Made by a program: the position numbers and the translations under genes. Below the pieces are notes generated by a model. The model ran no database searches. It was not told the origin of the DNA and saw only the letters and a program-made list of their open reading frames with translations. Below are positions 1-10,091 of a stretch of 64,000 nt of DNA, piece by piece. How positions within the stretch are numbered: the stretch's first letter is position 1; every line of letters begins with the position of its first letter. Source of the stretch: an archaeon. Its GTDB lineage: Archaea > Nanobdellota > Nanobdellia > Woesearchaeales > JBDRAZ01. The DNA is taken from NCBI GenBank assembly GCA_043823195.1, contig JBDRAZ010000038.1, forward strand, positions 3,592 to 67,591. Direction: 5' to 3'.

Positions 1-1147
1 CTATGACAAGGCCAAAGCGGTATTTCACGATTACCTGCCTCCTGCAGAGGAATTCGAGACGATAACCGGGTCGAGCCAGTACAACAACATGCGGACCGCC
101 ATGGGCTACGCCAGCTATGCGAGATCTCAGTCCCCATCTGTTTTTGGGGTATCAGACCTGCATACGCGGGTGTCAAGGGCGCTTTTTTCCGACTACCGCG
201 GCATTGAACAGATATCGCGCCTTGACAACGCGGTGCACCTTCCGTCCTGGGTCTCTCCTGAAGTGATTAGGGCGTATGAGGGGGTGACCGATGGGAGATG
301 GCGGCGGGAGCCTGAGACGCTCGAATGGCTTATCCGGGCGGTCAGCCCTCAGAGGGCGCATGAGATTGCTGAGCCGGGAAGGATGAGGCTGACTGAACTC
401 ATGACCGACGGAAGAAGGAAGGTCTGGAATTTCGGGAGGGAGTATGACCCGGATAAGACAACTTTTGCCTGGAACCGGAGATTTGCGCCGTATAAAGACC
501 CGCTGCTGATGTTCCATGATGCCACAATAGACCGCCTGGTACAATTGGGAGATACTTCACAGGTCGTGTTCGCAGGCAAGTCACACCCCAACGATAAAGG
601 CGGAAAGGATCTGATAGCGGAGCTGTTCAGGATTGCGCGGGATATGCCGGTCCCGGTGTTCTTCATTGAGGATTATGATGCGGATGTCGCTGCTGCCCTT
701 GCGCAGGGCGCTGATGCGGCAATCAACACCCCGATGCTTCTGAAAGAGGCCTCAGGGACCAGCGGCATGAAGTTTGCGGCAAATTTCAGGCCGGTAATAT
801 CCAAGTTTGATGGATGGACAAAGCCTGAACAGCCAAGCGGCAAGTTTCATATGCCCCACGGCCTCTGGCACGGGATGAACGGGTGGGGCATTGGAAGAAT
901 GCCAACCGGCAGCTATGTAAGGGATATCGGCTTTATGAGCGGGGACCAGATCGAGGCTGAGAGAAGGCAGGATGCCCTGCAGCTGATATCTGTGATGGAA
1001 GAGGTGGCTGCCATGAGACGGACTCCAGGCGGCAGAGAGGAGCTTGGAAGAATGATGGTAAATGCCGCAGCGATGAACGCATACTACTCCGCAACAAGAA
1101 TGGTCAGGGATTACATGGAAGCGATTGACAGGCGGCTGGGATCATAG
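1..1147 (+). CDS. alpha-glucan (glycogen/maltodextrin) phosphorylase, GT35 family, C-terminal portion; 5' end lies upstream of the window
   Basis: Reading frame is open from base 2 (YDKAKAVFHDYLPP...), so the gene starts upstream. Contains the GT35 pyridoxal-phosphate-site signature region KEASGTSGMKFAANF (cf. EASGTGNMKF in glycogen phosphorylases). Confidence 0.7.
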   Translation, partial: YDKAKAVFHDYLPPAEEFETITGSSQYNNMRTAMGYASYARSQSPSVFGVSDLHTRVSRALFSDYRGIEQISRLDNAVHLPSWVSPEVIRAYEGVTDGRWRREPETLEWLIRAVSPQRAHEIAEPGRMRLTELMTDGRRKVWNFGREYDPDKTTFAWNRRFAPYKDPLLMFHDATIDRLVQLGDTSQVVFAGKSHPNDKGGKDLIAELFRIARDMPVPVFFIEDYDADVAAALAQGADAAINTPMLLKEASGTSGMKFAANFRPVISKFDGWTKPEQPSGKFHMPHGLWHGMNGWGIGRMPTGSYVRDIGFMSGDQIEAERRQDALQLISVMEEVAAMRRTPGGREELGRMMVNAAAMNAYYSATRMVRDYMEAIDRRLGS

Positions 1148-2002
1148 AATAATAACATTACCTGCGTATTGGGTAAGGCCGTGGTCAGGCATGTCTGTGT
1201 ATATCTTGAATGGTGCGTCTTTAAGGACATTTCTGATCGGATCTTCGCCCAATCCATTCTTTCTCTTGAGCCAATCGACAGATGAGCCTGAGAGGAAGAG
1301 ATGGTAGACGCCGCCGTTGAGCTTTGGTGCATTAGCTTCTGCAGCTTTCTTCAGTTGTTTAAGTTCATATTCGTGGGCTCCGCTTTGGTAATCATCAGAT
1401 TTAACATGCTGGTTCAATCTCAACAGATTCTCAAGTCCCAGATCCCATGAGTAGTTCATCTGTGAAACATCGCCTACAATCCGGAGGATTCCCGGCCTGA
1501 AGCCCTCGGGCAATTCAAAGATCTCATTGACAGCATTATAGACAGCCAGCCGCTCCATGTATCCAGGTGACATATCCCAATACACCAGAGGGCTATCTCC
1601 CTCAAACGGATCAGGCTCCCAGGCAGCTGCGTCGAAGTCAGCTCGGGCGAGCCTGGCAAGGTTAGCGTCTGCGTAAGAGGGGCTCTTGCCGTCTGTAACT
1701 TCCATAGTGCCGTCAGGATGCCAGACATCGAACTCTGTAACCTGGCCTTCGAGACTTTGGTACCTGCTGCCTTTCTGGACCCAAGGGGTTATCCTGAGAT
1801 CGAGGTGATCCTGCAGCTCACTAATAGAGAAGTGCAACAAGGTGTCAGCTGATGCGCCTTCCAGGCGGACTGCAGCAGAGCCGTCCCTGTCGCGGTCGGC
1901 GTTTATAGCCTTCATGAGATTATCGTAAGTCGTGCCTGCCCAGCCCGATACAGTGGAAGCTAAGGTGATTGCAAGCGCTCCGATAAGTGATAATCGTCTC
2001 AT
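1142..2002 (-). CDS. secreted hypothetical protein (signal peptide)
   Basis: N-terminus MRRLSLIGALAITLASTVSGWAG is signal-peptide-like. No recognisable catalytic motif. Host-like GC content. Confidence 0.45.
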   Translation of the reverse strand: MRRLSLIGALAITLASTVSGWAGTTYDNLMKAINADRDRDGSAAVRLEGASADTLLHFSISELQDHLDLRITPWVQKGSRYQSLEGQVTEFDVWHPDGTMEVTDGKSPSYADANLARLARADFDAAAWEPDPFEGDSPLVYWDMSPGYMERLAVYNAVNEIFELPEGFRPGILRIVGDVSQMNYSWDLGLENLLRLNQHVKSDDYQSGAHEYELKQLKKAAEANAPKLNGGVYHLFLSGSSVDWLKRKNGLGEDPIRNVLKDAPFKIYTDMPDHGLTQYAGNVIIL

Positions 2003-2049
2003 CTTGATTAGTAATTGATATCTGAATATATAAATGTTTCCATTTTTAA

Positions 2050-3690
2050 CTACATTTGAGTAGTATCGAATTGCGGCAGCTTAGCCAATATCCCGGAAAC
2101 AATCTTCCTCAAACGCTTTTTTCTTTCACTGTGATATGCTTCATAGCCCGGTATGTCTGCCTCTCGATTAAACTGCCTTGGCGATTCGGCAGCAGGTCCC
2201 CTGCCATAGGGAAGGCCCTCCGGATGCCTGTAGAACCTTACTTTTGACGGCCTGTGTGCTGGGTTTTCAGCAAAATGGTTCTCCCAGTATTGCTGGCTGG
2301 TTATTGCCGGGTCTGCGCGCTCGTATAGCTGATGGGTGTTTGCATAGAAGTCCCTGAGCCCTGCGCGACGCTCAAGCATCTCCCTTACTAATGCTTCACG
2401 CTCCTCAGGCTCTCCATGCCATTCGTCCTCAGGAAAGTTGCGATTGATGTTCTGCATAGCAAAGTGCACCCTGAACAGGTATTCATGGGCTGTTCTTTCA
2501 TCCTGAAAGCCCAATAGGTATGCAAGATGATTAAGGCCGCCCTCAATAACGGAATAGGCATCTGAAATCTCTGAGACGACAGGGCCATGGAATAGATCGT
2601 GGTCGCGGGATGCTGACGCGCCGCAGTAGATGCCTGCCAGTTCCGGAGCAATGCCTATAACAGTGTCAAGCCAGTTATCTGAATCGGTTGCGAGCTGACC
2701 CCTAAGTTCCGGCCTGATGATCGGATTCATTGCCTCATCCAGGGCGTATTGCGAACCTGTTCGCAAATCGACTGATAAGCCTGCCGGTATGCAGACAACC
2801 CCCATGTCCAGAGGTATGCCGCCGGGCGCAAATACGCAGGCATCGTTGTGCTTCTTGTCAGGCGTCTCTTCAAACGCAGTGTGGTGGAAGTTATGGGCTA
2901 ATGCTTCGGCGGGAAATAGTATGTAGATATCGTAGCCGTGCTCGCCTCCATACCATCCGGAGTTAATTAGGTTTGTTGTGAAGTGGACGCTCTCCCTCTC
3001 AGCAGCCACGCAGTCATCCTCTGTCAGGGTAAACACAAAGTCATCCAGGTGCTGCGAGAAGGATTTTTTAGGACATCTTCTGGCAGCCTGCACAGCAAGT
3101 TCCTGTATGTATGATGGGTCACCAGGATCCAGCAGCAGATTGATGCTGCTCTGTAGCCTGCCTGCGGCAAGAAGGTCCTTGAACGAATTAATGAACTCTC
3201 CCTGACCCCAGGAGTGCAGGCCCAGAATGCCAAGGTCCATGACATTTTCACGGATACCGTATCTTGTGACATGGCATGCGTATCCGCCGCGCAATCGTCT
3301 GGAGAGGGTGTGGTAGTCATCATAGGACATCTGCGAGAGGGATTCAACTGAAAGAAGCCCCATTTCATAATCATCAAGAGGTGTTGAGGAGAGGAGGCGG
3401 TCGACTGCACCTTTGTGCCCAAGACGTATGGCCTGTGCCCTCTCACCAATGAGGCGGTTGCGTCGCGGCCCATATTCTGCATGAGCTGACCTGTATCTCT
3501 TTCCGAGCCGCGCGATCCAGGGTGTTGAACGCAGCTGCTCAACAAGCGGCTCAAGAGATGTTCCCCGGTAGAAAGAAGGTTCGATCTCTTTATGACCTGC
3601 GCGGTTTGCCTCCAGGGCACGTAACCTGCCGGCCGTGTCTCTGCGAATATCATTACCGAATTTACGTTCCCATTCACGCCGTAGGCTCAC
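2050..3690 (-). CDS. hypothetical 546-aa protein, possibly alpha-glucan metabolism by context
   Basis: Long ORF with host-like codon usage, between the phosphorylase and a GT4 gene. No confident family assignment from sequence; GH57 N-terminal motifs were not found. Confidence 0.4.
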   Translation of the reverse strand: MSLRREWERKFGNDIRRDTAGRLRALEANRAGHKEIEPSFYRGTSLEPLVEQLRSTPWIARLGKRYRSAHAEYGPRRNRLIGERAQAIRLGHKGAVDRLLSSTPLDDYEMGLLSVESLSQMSYDDYHTLSRRLRGGYACHVTRYGIRENVMDLGILGLHSWGQGEFINSFKDLLAAGRLQSSINLLLDPGDPSYIQELAVQAARRCPKKSFSQHLDDFVFTLTEDDCVAAERESVHFTTNLINSGWYGGEHGYDIYILFPAEALAHNFHHTAFEETPDKKHNDACVFAPGGIPLDMGVVCIPAGLSVDLRTGSQYALDEAMNPIIRPELRGQLATDSDNWLDTVIGIAPELAGIYCGASASRDHDLFHGPVVSEISDAYSVIEGGLNHLAYLLGFQDERTAHEYLFRVHFAMQNINRNFPEDEWHGEPEEREALVREMLERRAGLRDFYANTHQLYERADPAITSQQYWENHFAENPAHRPSKVRFYRHPEGLPYGRGPAAESPRQFNREADIPGYEAYHSERKKRLRKIVSGILAKLPQFDTTQM

Positions 3691-3753
3691 GTTACTATCT
3701 ATGGGTAGTCAATATATATAAATGTTTGTACTAAACTGCAGGAAAAAGCAGGA

Positions 3754-4902
3754 TTAAAGACTGTCCGCAATCCTTCCAGTAACCCTGTCCCAGCTGAACT
3801 TGTCGCGGACGATGCTGCTGACCTTCATTGACTTTGGTTTTCCGGCCAGACGTATTATTTCATCCACAAATTGCTTGTCTGTATCGCAGAATGAGATTGC
3901 CCCCAGCGGCCCAAACACCTCCCTGTTGGCAGTCAGGTTTGTAGAGACAACTGAGAGTCCCATGGCCAGGTATTCAGCAATCTTGATATTGAGGACATTG
4001 TCCTGGTTCACGTTGCGTTCATAAGGAAGCATGCCTGTGTTTGCAAGCGAGAGGTAGAGGGGAAGCTTGTCGAGGTCGACAAAGCCGAGGACCTTGACGT
4101 TCTTGGACTTGAGCTTTTTCAGCTCGTCAAAGCGCTTGCCTGCGCCCATGAGGATGAAGCTGATGCCGTCAGTCTTTTTCAGGACGCCGCGTATAATGGC
4201 GATCATGCGCCCGCACATGTGGTAGTCTACGCTGCCATGGTAGACGACAGTTTTTTCCTTAAGACCCAGTTTCTTTTTTAGGGTACGAATGTCTGATTCC
4301 TTAACCTTGCCGGGATCAAACAGCTCTGCGTCTGCACCGTAGTAGCTCACAACTATTTTGCCCTCGGGAACACCATAGCTAACAAGAGTAGACTTCATTG
4401 TGGGTGAGATGGTAAAAATCTGATCGAAGAGTCTTGGAATGAATCTCTCGTACTTCATCATGATATCCACGACAAAGTTGGGATAGTGCTCATTGTCATA
4501 CAGGAACCCTGAGAGGAAATCGGTCATGGCGAGGCAGTATTTTGCATGATAGAATAGCCTGTAGAAGACTATTGGGGCGAGAAGGTTGTTCTGCACATAG
4601 ATAACGTCGTATTTTTTCCTGAAGATGAGCTGCAGGAACCTGAAGAAAAAAAGGAACGTGTATGCCATGTACCTGGGGCCGCGGAAGGTTGCGGTCTTGT
4701 GGACGTAGAAAGGTGCAAAGGCCTCAACGCAAATGCGCTCATTCTTTTCAACAATTTCCTTATCGCTGTACATGGGGCAGGACACTGTCACGTCGTGTCC
4801 GCGCTCAACAAGCTTTCTTACGGTCTTGTAGTTGCCCATGGAGCCGCCTGTCGAGGTCGGCCAGATGGGCTCGTTTGTGCAGAAAAGGATTTTCTTTGTC
4901 AT
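3754..4902 (-). CDS. glycosyltransferase family 4 (GT-B fold, group 1)
   Basis: N-terminus MTKKILFCTNEPIWPTSTGGSMGNY is typical of GT4. The C-terminal half has a GT1/GT4 nucleotide-sugar binding region. Confidence 0.7.
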   Translation of the reverse strand: MTKKILFCTNEPIWPTSTGGSMGNYKTVRKLVERGHDVTVSCPMYSDKEIVEKNERICVEAFAPFYVHKTATFRGPRYMAYTFLFFFRFLQLIFRKKYDVIYVQNNLLAPIVFYRLFYHAKYCLAMTDFLSGFLYDNEHYPNFVVDIMMKYERFIPRLFDQIFTISPTMKSTLVSYGVPEGKIVVSYYGADAELFDPGKVKESDIRTLKKKLGLKEKTVVYHGSVDYHMCGRMIAIIRGVLKKTDGISFILMGAGKRFDELKKLKSKNVKVLGFVDLDKLPLYLSLANTGMLPYERNVNQDNVLNIKIAEYLAMGLSVVSTNLTANREVFGPLGAISFCDTDKQFVDEIIRLAGKPKSMKVSSIVRDKFSWDRVTGRIADSL

Positions 4903-5001
4903 TCAGTTTTGCCAGAAAACCGATATTCTAAAGTGATTATATTAATGTTTTGAAAGAATATTGGAAAAAGCTTAAAGGTTAAGGCAATTTATTGATGCCA
5001 G

Positions 5002-5817
5002 ATGCAACGATTGATATACTACCTCCTTGCCGGAATATTAAGCCTGTCTTCGGCAAAAGCGGGTGCCGAAAGCCCGCTTGACCGGATTGTCCAGAAGGCT
5101 TATGTACATGAGAAAGGTGATGAATGGCGTGATCACCTGTGGTCATCTGCATTCTTAACTCTTAGTGACTCATTTCTTCTTCAGCATGCAGACTATGAAG
5201 GTGAGCCTGAAAACCTGGCAGCCCAGACAAGATTTGCAGAAACTGTAGCCTATCAGGGAATTTATACTCCCCTCGTTGAAGGCAAAATCACCCCAGTATA
5301 CGCAGCCTTTGATATTGCAGGAACCCAGATAGCGCATAAGCTGTTTCCCAAGCTTGGCTTCGTTGAACCGTTTGTGGACAGGATAGCAGACATCACAGAG
5401 AGAAAGAATCTTAGGTTCCTTGCGTTAGTAACCGCCGGAACCATGGCAGCAGGTTATACGTTACCCAGACAGAGGGACCTGATAGAGATTGACGCTGGAG
5501 AACAGACTAACCCCAATAATGCCTGGCTTCATGTCGGCTTTTTTGCATATTATACATTCAGAACGTCGATGCTTCTTGAGCATGCCGGTTATGACAAGCA
5601 CCCTCCGGAATCGCTTGCGTGGAGAGTTGCTTTTGGCCTCGGCCTTGCGAAAGAACTGATCTATGACGGAACTGTGGGAAAGGGGCCGAGTGTAATAGAT
5701 GCCGGTGCTGACGCGCTGGGTGTCTGGATAGGGCATAAGGCTGCCAAAGTATACCGGGAGGGCAGAAATCTTACGGTCAGTCTAGTCCCTAATCTGAGGA
5801 TTACATATACGTTTTGA
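5002..5817 (+). CDS. secreted hypothetical protein
   Basis: MQRLIYYLLAGILSLSSAKAGAE is a signal peptide. The TGA stop codon abuts the left att repeat of the integrated element. Confidence 0.45.
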   Translation: MQRLIYYLLAGILSLSSAKAGAESPLDRIVQKAYVHEKGDEWRDHLWSSAFLTLSDSFLLQHADYEGEPENLAAQTRFAETVAYQGIYTPLVEGKITPVYAAFDIAGTQIAHKLFPKLGFVEPFVDRIADITERKNLRFLALVTAGTMAAGYTLPRQRDLIEIDAGEQTNPNNAWLHVGFFAYYTFRTSMLLEHAGYDKHPPESLAWRVAFGLGLAKELIYDGTVGKGPSVIDAGADALGVWIGHKAAKVYREGRNLTVSLVPNLRITYTF

Positions 5818-5831
5818 CGCCAGGCCCAGGA
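5817..5831 (+). repeat. attL-like 15-bp direct repeat (copy of tRNA-Ser 3' end)
   Basis: acgccaggcccagga is identical to 17734-17748. Confidence 0.7.
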
Positions 5832-5840
5832 ATGTGACCT

Positions 5841-6743
5841 TCAAGGGGTCTGGCTGGATGGCAGTAAACTCAATTTCTTACTACTTGCCTCCGGTTTTGT
5901 TTTCAATAATATAAGTATTTCCTTTTCACTGAATCCACGATGAACTAAGTTTGTACGAATATTCTCCAAAGATTCCCAAAGCATAGTATCAGTTAGTTTT
6001 CTGCTTCGAGCATTTCGCTCCAATCTACCTTTCAATTCATTGGCTGCGTATTGATTTAAAAGTGATATTTGTTTGTAAGTAGTTTCATCAAGCTTCTTAT
6101 CAATGGTCATTAAATATGAATATGTATTAGCAAAGGAAGATAGATTTATAGAATTGAGAATAAGGTCTATTCTAACATTTTCGTCGAGACTAGGGATAGT
6201 ATCTAAATGTTCATAAAGTCCTCTATAGATTCTTTTAACACTTATAGAATCTCTGAGATATTCTGCGAACAACTCCGAGGTGTAAATCAGAGCTTTGATT
6301 TCATTCCAGCGTAACATTTCATTTGGTGTTATATAACCTTCTTGAACCGATTCGTTACAAAATATGCTTCGAACAAATCTTGCCAATAAATGATTGAGTT
6401 GTGCTTGGCTGTCCTTATAATATCCACTGCCAAAGAATGAGCGGTCACCACGATCCCAAAAGATAAGATGAATTTTTTTGTATGTTGATACATTTCGAGG
6501 TATCCTATATTCGTAGGGGCTCCAAGGTCGATTTTTTTTATCAATGTAATCTGGAATTTTTCGCCTGTCAACCAACTTCTTTTTTATTAGAGGTTTCCTG
6601 GCTTTAGGGACGTTGTTTTGTTGAGACTTGAAAATGCCCTGTTTTAGAATCTGCTTTGTCCGAAGCCACCCGCCAGAGGTCAAATCATCATTAAGAGCCA
6701 ATGACTTAAGAAATGCAAATTCAAGCTCAGTTAGATGTTCCAC
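5841..6743 (-). CDS. hypothetical protein (element cargo, unknown function)
   Basis: 300-aa AT-rich ORF at the element edge with no recognisable motifs. Confidence 0.4.
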   Translation of the reverse strand: MEHLTELEFAFLKSLALNDDLTSGGWLRTKQILKQGIFKSQQNNVPKARKPLIKKKLVDRRKIPDYIDKKNRPWSPYEYRIPRNVSTYKKIHLIFWDRGDRSFFGSGYYKDSQAQLNHLLARFVRSIFCNESVQEGYITPNEMLRWNEIKALIYTSELFAEYLRDSISVKRIYRGLYEHLDTIPSLDENVRIDLILNSINLSSFANTYSYLMTIDKKLDETTYKQISLLNQYAANELKGRLERNARSRKLTDTMLWESLENIRTNLVHRGFSEKEILILLKTKPEASSKKLSLLPSSQTP

Positions 6744-6866
6744 AGTTTATATCATAATATCAACTAGTATATAAACTCATCCATAAATAATACAGCCAGA
6801 TTGGTTATGGCATTCCACAATTAATATGGGTCGGCATCTCGCATATTAAGGGGTATTTATAGGAGA

Positions 6867-7070
6867 TTGGTATCTGAGATGGTTAAGATGAACCTCAAGC
6901 TACGAAATCCAAGAAAAATAATCTCATATAACTACAGTTTCCTCATCACAATTCCACCCACCTGGCTGCGACATCATAAGATAGGTAAGGGGGATCATAT
7001 AGATTTTGAGATTGATAAGGAGCATAACTTGGTTTTGAAGCCTTATGGAGAGCATGATGAAACTAACTAA
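6867..7070 (+). CDS. AbrB/SpoVT (swapped-hairpin) type DNA-binding protein, putative regulator or antitoxin
   Basis: The 67-aa sequence LKLRNPRKIISYNYSFLITIPPTWLRHHKIGKGDHIDFEIDKEHNLVLKP matches the AbrB/MazE-like pattern (ISxxxxITIPxxxRxxxxIxxGDxV). Confidence 0.4.
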   Translation: MVSEMVKMNLKLRNPRKIISYNYSFLITIPPTWLRHHKIGKGDHIDFEIDKEHNLVLKPYGEHDETN

Positions 7071-7200
7071 GCTACCAGAACATATGGAGGAGCAACTACC
7101 TGAAGAATTAAAGGCAGTACTTGCTTTTCATAATCAAGCCAAAGGCTGAGGCGAAGGCCTCAGCCCCTATCACAGAACAGACACAAGTAATGTCTAGTTC

Positions 7201-9006
7201 TTGACTTATAAAAAACTTGTTAAAATGAATAATGAAGAAACCAAAGCAATCTTAGACACAAATAAGGAACTCTGTGCAAAAATGGACAAATACTATCAAA
7301 AGCTAGAGTCAGCATTTATGGGCGAATTGCAGAGAGTGGGGGTAACGGAGTTTGTTATTCAGAAAATTGCTGCAGATCTGCAGAAACTAGGCAGGCATCA
7401 CGATAAGCTGCTTGGATATGTAACTGCTTGGTATCCTATGTTGCTTGAGAATGTTCAAAGAATAGGTTCAAACACTAAACTACCTACTACTTCTTACTAC
7501 CCTACTACATCTAACTACAGACTACAAAGCTGGGGGATATACGATCCTTCCCGTCAGTTATATGTTGAGCAACTGACTGCTAACTTATTCATCTATAATT
7601 ACAGAGGAATTAAGGGAATAACCGAGAAGAAAATATCTCAGGATAAGCAGAGCAAACGGATAATTGAGTTTCTAAACATTGAGGATCAGGAACTGAAGTT
7701 TACAAAACCTGTCCAGGTGGCCAGCTACAATCGCCCAAGCTCTGAATTAGCATACCAATACATTGATGGAAAGTACAAACCAAGAGGTCTTGATTACATA
7801 ATCCAGGATATTGAAAAGATTCTGCTCGCTTTGTACGATTTCAAATTCCCAACGGATATTTCCATAATAAAGCTAGCCATTGGACAGAGTTACCTCATAC
7901 CTTTGTTTGAGGGAGTATTTTACTTGGGAATAGATGCAACAAAAGGCGGAGGCAAAACAACTTTGCTTGAGTTAGCCTGTTTTCTTATGCGGCATGGCAT
8001 AATGGGAGGAGACATCAGTGCCGCAGCATTACCTCGGATGGTCGATCAATTACAATTAAGCATAGCGGTTGATGAGATAGACCAGAAAATTGGAGAGAAG
8101 GCTCAGGAAGATATTACAGCCGTATTAAGGAAAGGGCAGCGCCGAGGTAATCCATACACACGTTGTGAAGGTCGTTCTCATATCCCAACATCTTATGATG
8201 TATTTGGCAGTCATCTCTACAGCTTCCGTTCTGATGTTGAGGACGCTTTCGGAAGTCGCACAATCCCAATACATGCCGCGAAATCTAGGGATAGTAGGTT
8301 ATCGGTTCTCAATCTTTACAAAGCGCAAGTTTTGAAACCCTTAGCGGATGAATTGTTTTTATGGGCAATTGATAACCTCCTTAAGATTCCTGTGGTGAGC
8401 TGTAGTAACGTAGTAGGGTGTAGCGGGACTTTAAGGGATAAGGATAGCGAACTTATCAGAGATCAGCTATTTAAAAAATTCACTGAGCATTTGGGAGACG
8501 ATCATGTTAAGTTGGTGAAAAAACTTTCAGGAAGAAATGCGGAACTTGCTTACATCTGTTGTGATGTGGCCAACAGACTTAATCTGGATGTGTTAAGCGA
8601 TCTAAATAATGTCATGACTTTAAAGGAAACAGATGAGATTGCTAACCAAGACTTTTATTTGGAAAGCCTTGAGCGGTTCCTTGGTGAAAAACACATGACC
8701 CTATCTAGTATCGACAAGAAAGAAAAATTCACCAAGAAAGATGGCAAATATGCAGCGTGTCTATTTTACCCAAAAAATCTACTTTATCAGGAATTTGTTC
8801 AGTCCCTTACTCAAAATAATGTTAGGACAATAGGCCATAAAAAGTTCAACAGCCTTTTGCGAGATTTGGGTTTTATAGAGAGGGACACTCTGCGGAATGT
8901 CAGAGTAGATGACATGCCTCGTCAATGCATCATATTTTCTGACAAGATATTGAACCGGATAGGTGTAGAGAAAGAAGAACAGATACTATCGGAGAATATA
9001 CAATGA
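7201..9006 (+). CDS. P-loop NTPase (~600 aa), putative replication/partition/packaging ATPase of the element
   Basis: Deviant Walker A GIDATKGGGKTTLLE and Walker-B-like SIAVDEID. No other recognisable domains. An alternative start is MNNEE at 7225. Confidence 0.5.
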   Translation: MTYKKLVKMNNEETKAILDTNKELCAKMDKYYQKLESAFMGELQRVGVTEFVIQKIAADLQKLGRHHDKLLGYVTAWYPMLLENVQRIGSNTKLPTTSYYPTTSNYRLQSWGIYDPSRQLYVEQLTANLFIYNYRGIKGITEKKISQDKQSKRIIEFLNIEDQELKFTKPVQVASYNRPSSELAYQYIDGKYKPRGLDYIIQDIEKILLALYDFKFPTDISIIKLAIGQSYLIPLFEGVFYLGIDATKGGGKTTLLELACFLMRHGIMGGDISAAALPRMVDQLQLSIAVDEIDQKIGEKAQEDITAVLRKGQRRGNPYTRCEGRSHIPTSYDVFGSHLYSFRSDVEDAFGSRTIPIHAAKSRDSRLSVLNLYKAQVLKPLADELFLWAIDNLLKIPVVSCSNVVGCSGTLRDKDSELIRDQLFKKFTEHLGDDHVKLVKKLSGRNAELAYICCDVANRLNLDVLSDLNNVMTLKETDEIANQDFYLESLERFLGEKHMTLSSIDKKEKFTKKDGKYAACLFYPKNLLYQEFVQSLTQNNVRTIGHKKFNSLLRDLGFIERDTLRNVRVDDMPRQCIIFSDKILNRIGVEKEEQILSENIQ

Positions 9007-9327
9007 GACCTGGCTTGCATAATAGAGAGCGGATTATGCTCTGCTTGAGCCACAGGCTGCAGGAATTGAAAGATAAAATCCGTACATATACAAAAGAGCG
9101 TGATGAGGTAGAGTCTAAATTGAGGCACAATCAAAGAGAAACACAAAATGACAAAAGATCGAGCGGGACCGCATAGCAAGTTTTTTGATGTGATCCCAGA
9201 AAAACAAAAGGAAACGGATGAAGCAGAAGATGACTGACAGAGGTATTCTGATTATCTATGTGCCATTATTGCTATCAGTCGGAGTCTTTTACTCGTGGAA
9301 AATCAACAAAATTTATGAGGTCGGAGG

Positions 9328-9651
9328 ATGACCGTCAGCGCTTATTTGCTCTCAATCGCCTTACTTTTTTTCATGGTGGTAGGGCTAACGGTTGCAGTTC
9401 AAAAGCTCATAGCAATGGTGCGACGGCTCCAGACACCCACTATATCGATCCATTATGATAAAGCAAGGCTCGACAAACTCGCCGCGACTATTGATAAGCT
9501 TGACCTGGAAAGTAAATTCATGTTGTTGCATCATCAATTTGGTGACGCAACAGCATTATTAAACCTCGAGTCTGGCCGGATACGTTTGGCGGGTATAGGA
9601 AAAGTACCGTCTCTTGAGGAGCCGGATGAACCGATGGATTATTCCGGTTGA
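9328..9651 (+). CDS. small membrane protein, hypothetical
   Basis: N-terminal TM segment LLSIALLFFMVVGLTVAV. It is followed by a GC-rich inverted repeat, gggggtattcttccccc. Confidence 0.3.
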   Translation: MTVSAYLLSIALLFFMVVGLTVAVQKLIAMVRRLQTPTISIHYDKARLDKLAATIDKLDLESKFMLLHHQFGDATALLNLESGRIRLAGIGKVPSLEEPDEPMDYSG

Positions 9652-10091
9652 TCTTGGGCAAGATACAAGTTAAGGGCGGGGGTATTCTTCCCCCTCGCAT
9701 AATAACAAGTAACATTTGATTAGCTTAGTGTGTGAACGCCGCCATTTTCCTATAGTACGTTAATTTTCCCCCTGCACTGCCTCCAAAACGGCATTTCTAT
9801 GTAATCCGAACCATTTTCGGTCATAATCCAATAAGAGTGTTAAATTTTGGTCAGATTGAAAGGTTTTCGAACAACCTGAAAGAATTATCAGAATCATTGA
9901 GCAAAACATAATAAGATCAGACAACACCTTGTTTATTGGGCGGCATAACCGGTACGACGAGAGAAGTCCGCGGGGTTTGGGCTCAGACCCGATTTATTTC
10001 TTAATTAGAATGATCACTGGACACTGGACATGTTGGTGTAGGGTATATATATGAACAGTCTACACTTCTTTGTTAATTCATAGAATATTAA

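Noticed and set aside
2050-3690. The 546-aa protein as a GH57 branching enzyme or amylase.
   Set aside because: The expected N-terminal HQP and catalytic Glu/Asp motif blocks of GH57 could not be found by eye. It is left as hypothetical.
7201-9006. The 601-aa NTPase as an Orc1/Cdc6 or SF3 primase-helicase.
   Set aside because: The Walker A is deviant (KGGGKTT) and is located near residue 250 rather than at the N-terminus. No primase or winged-helix signatures were recognised. It is kept as a generic P-loop NTPase.
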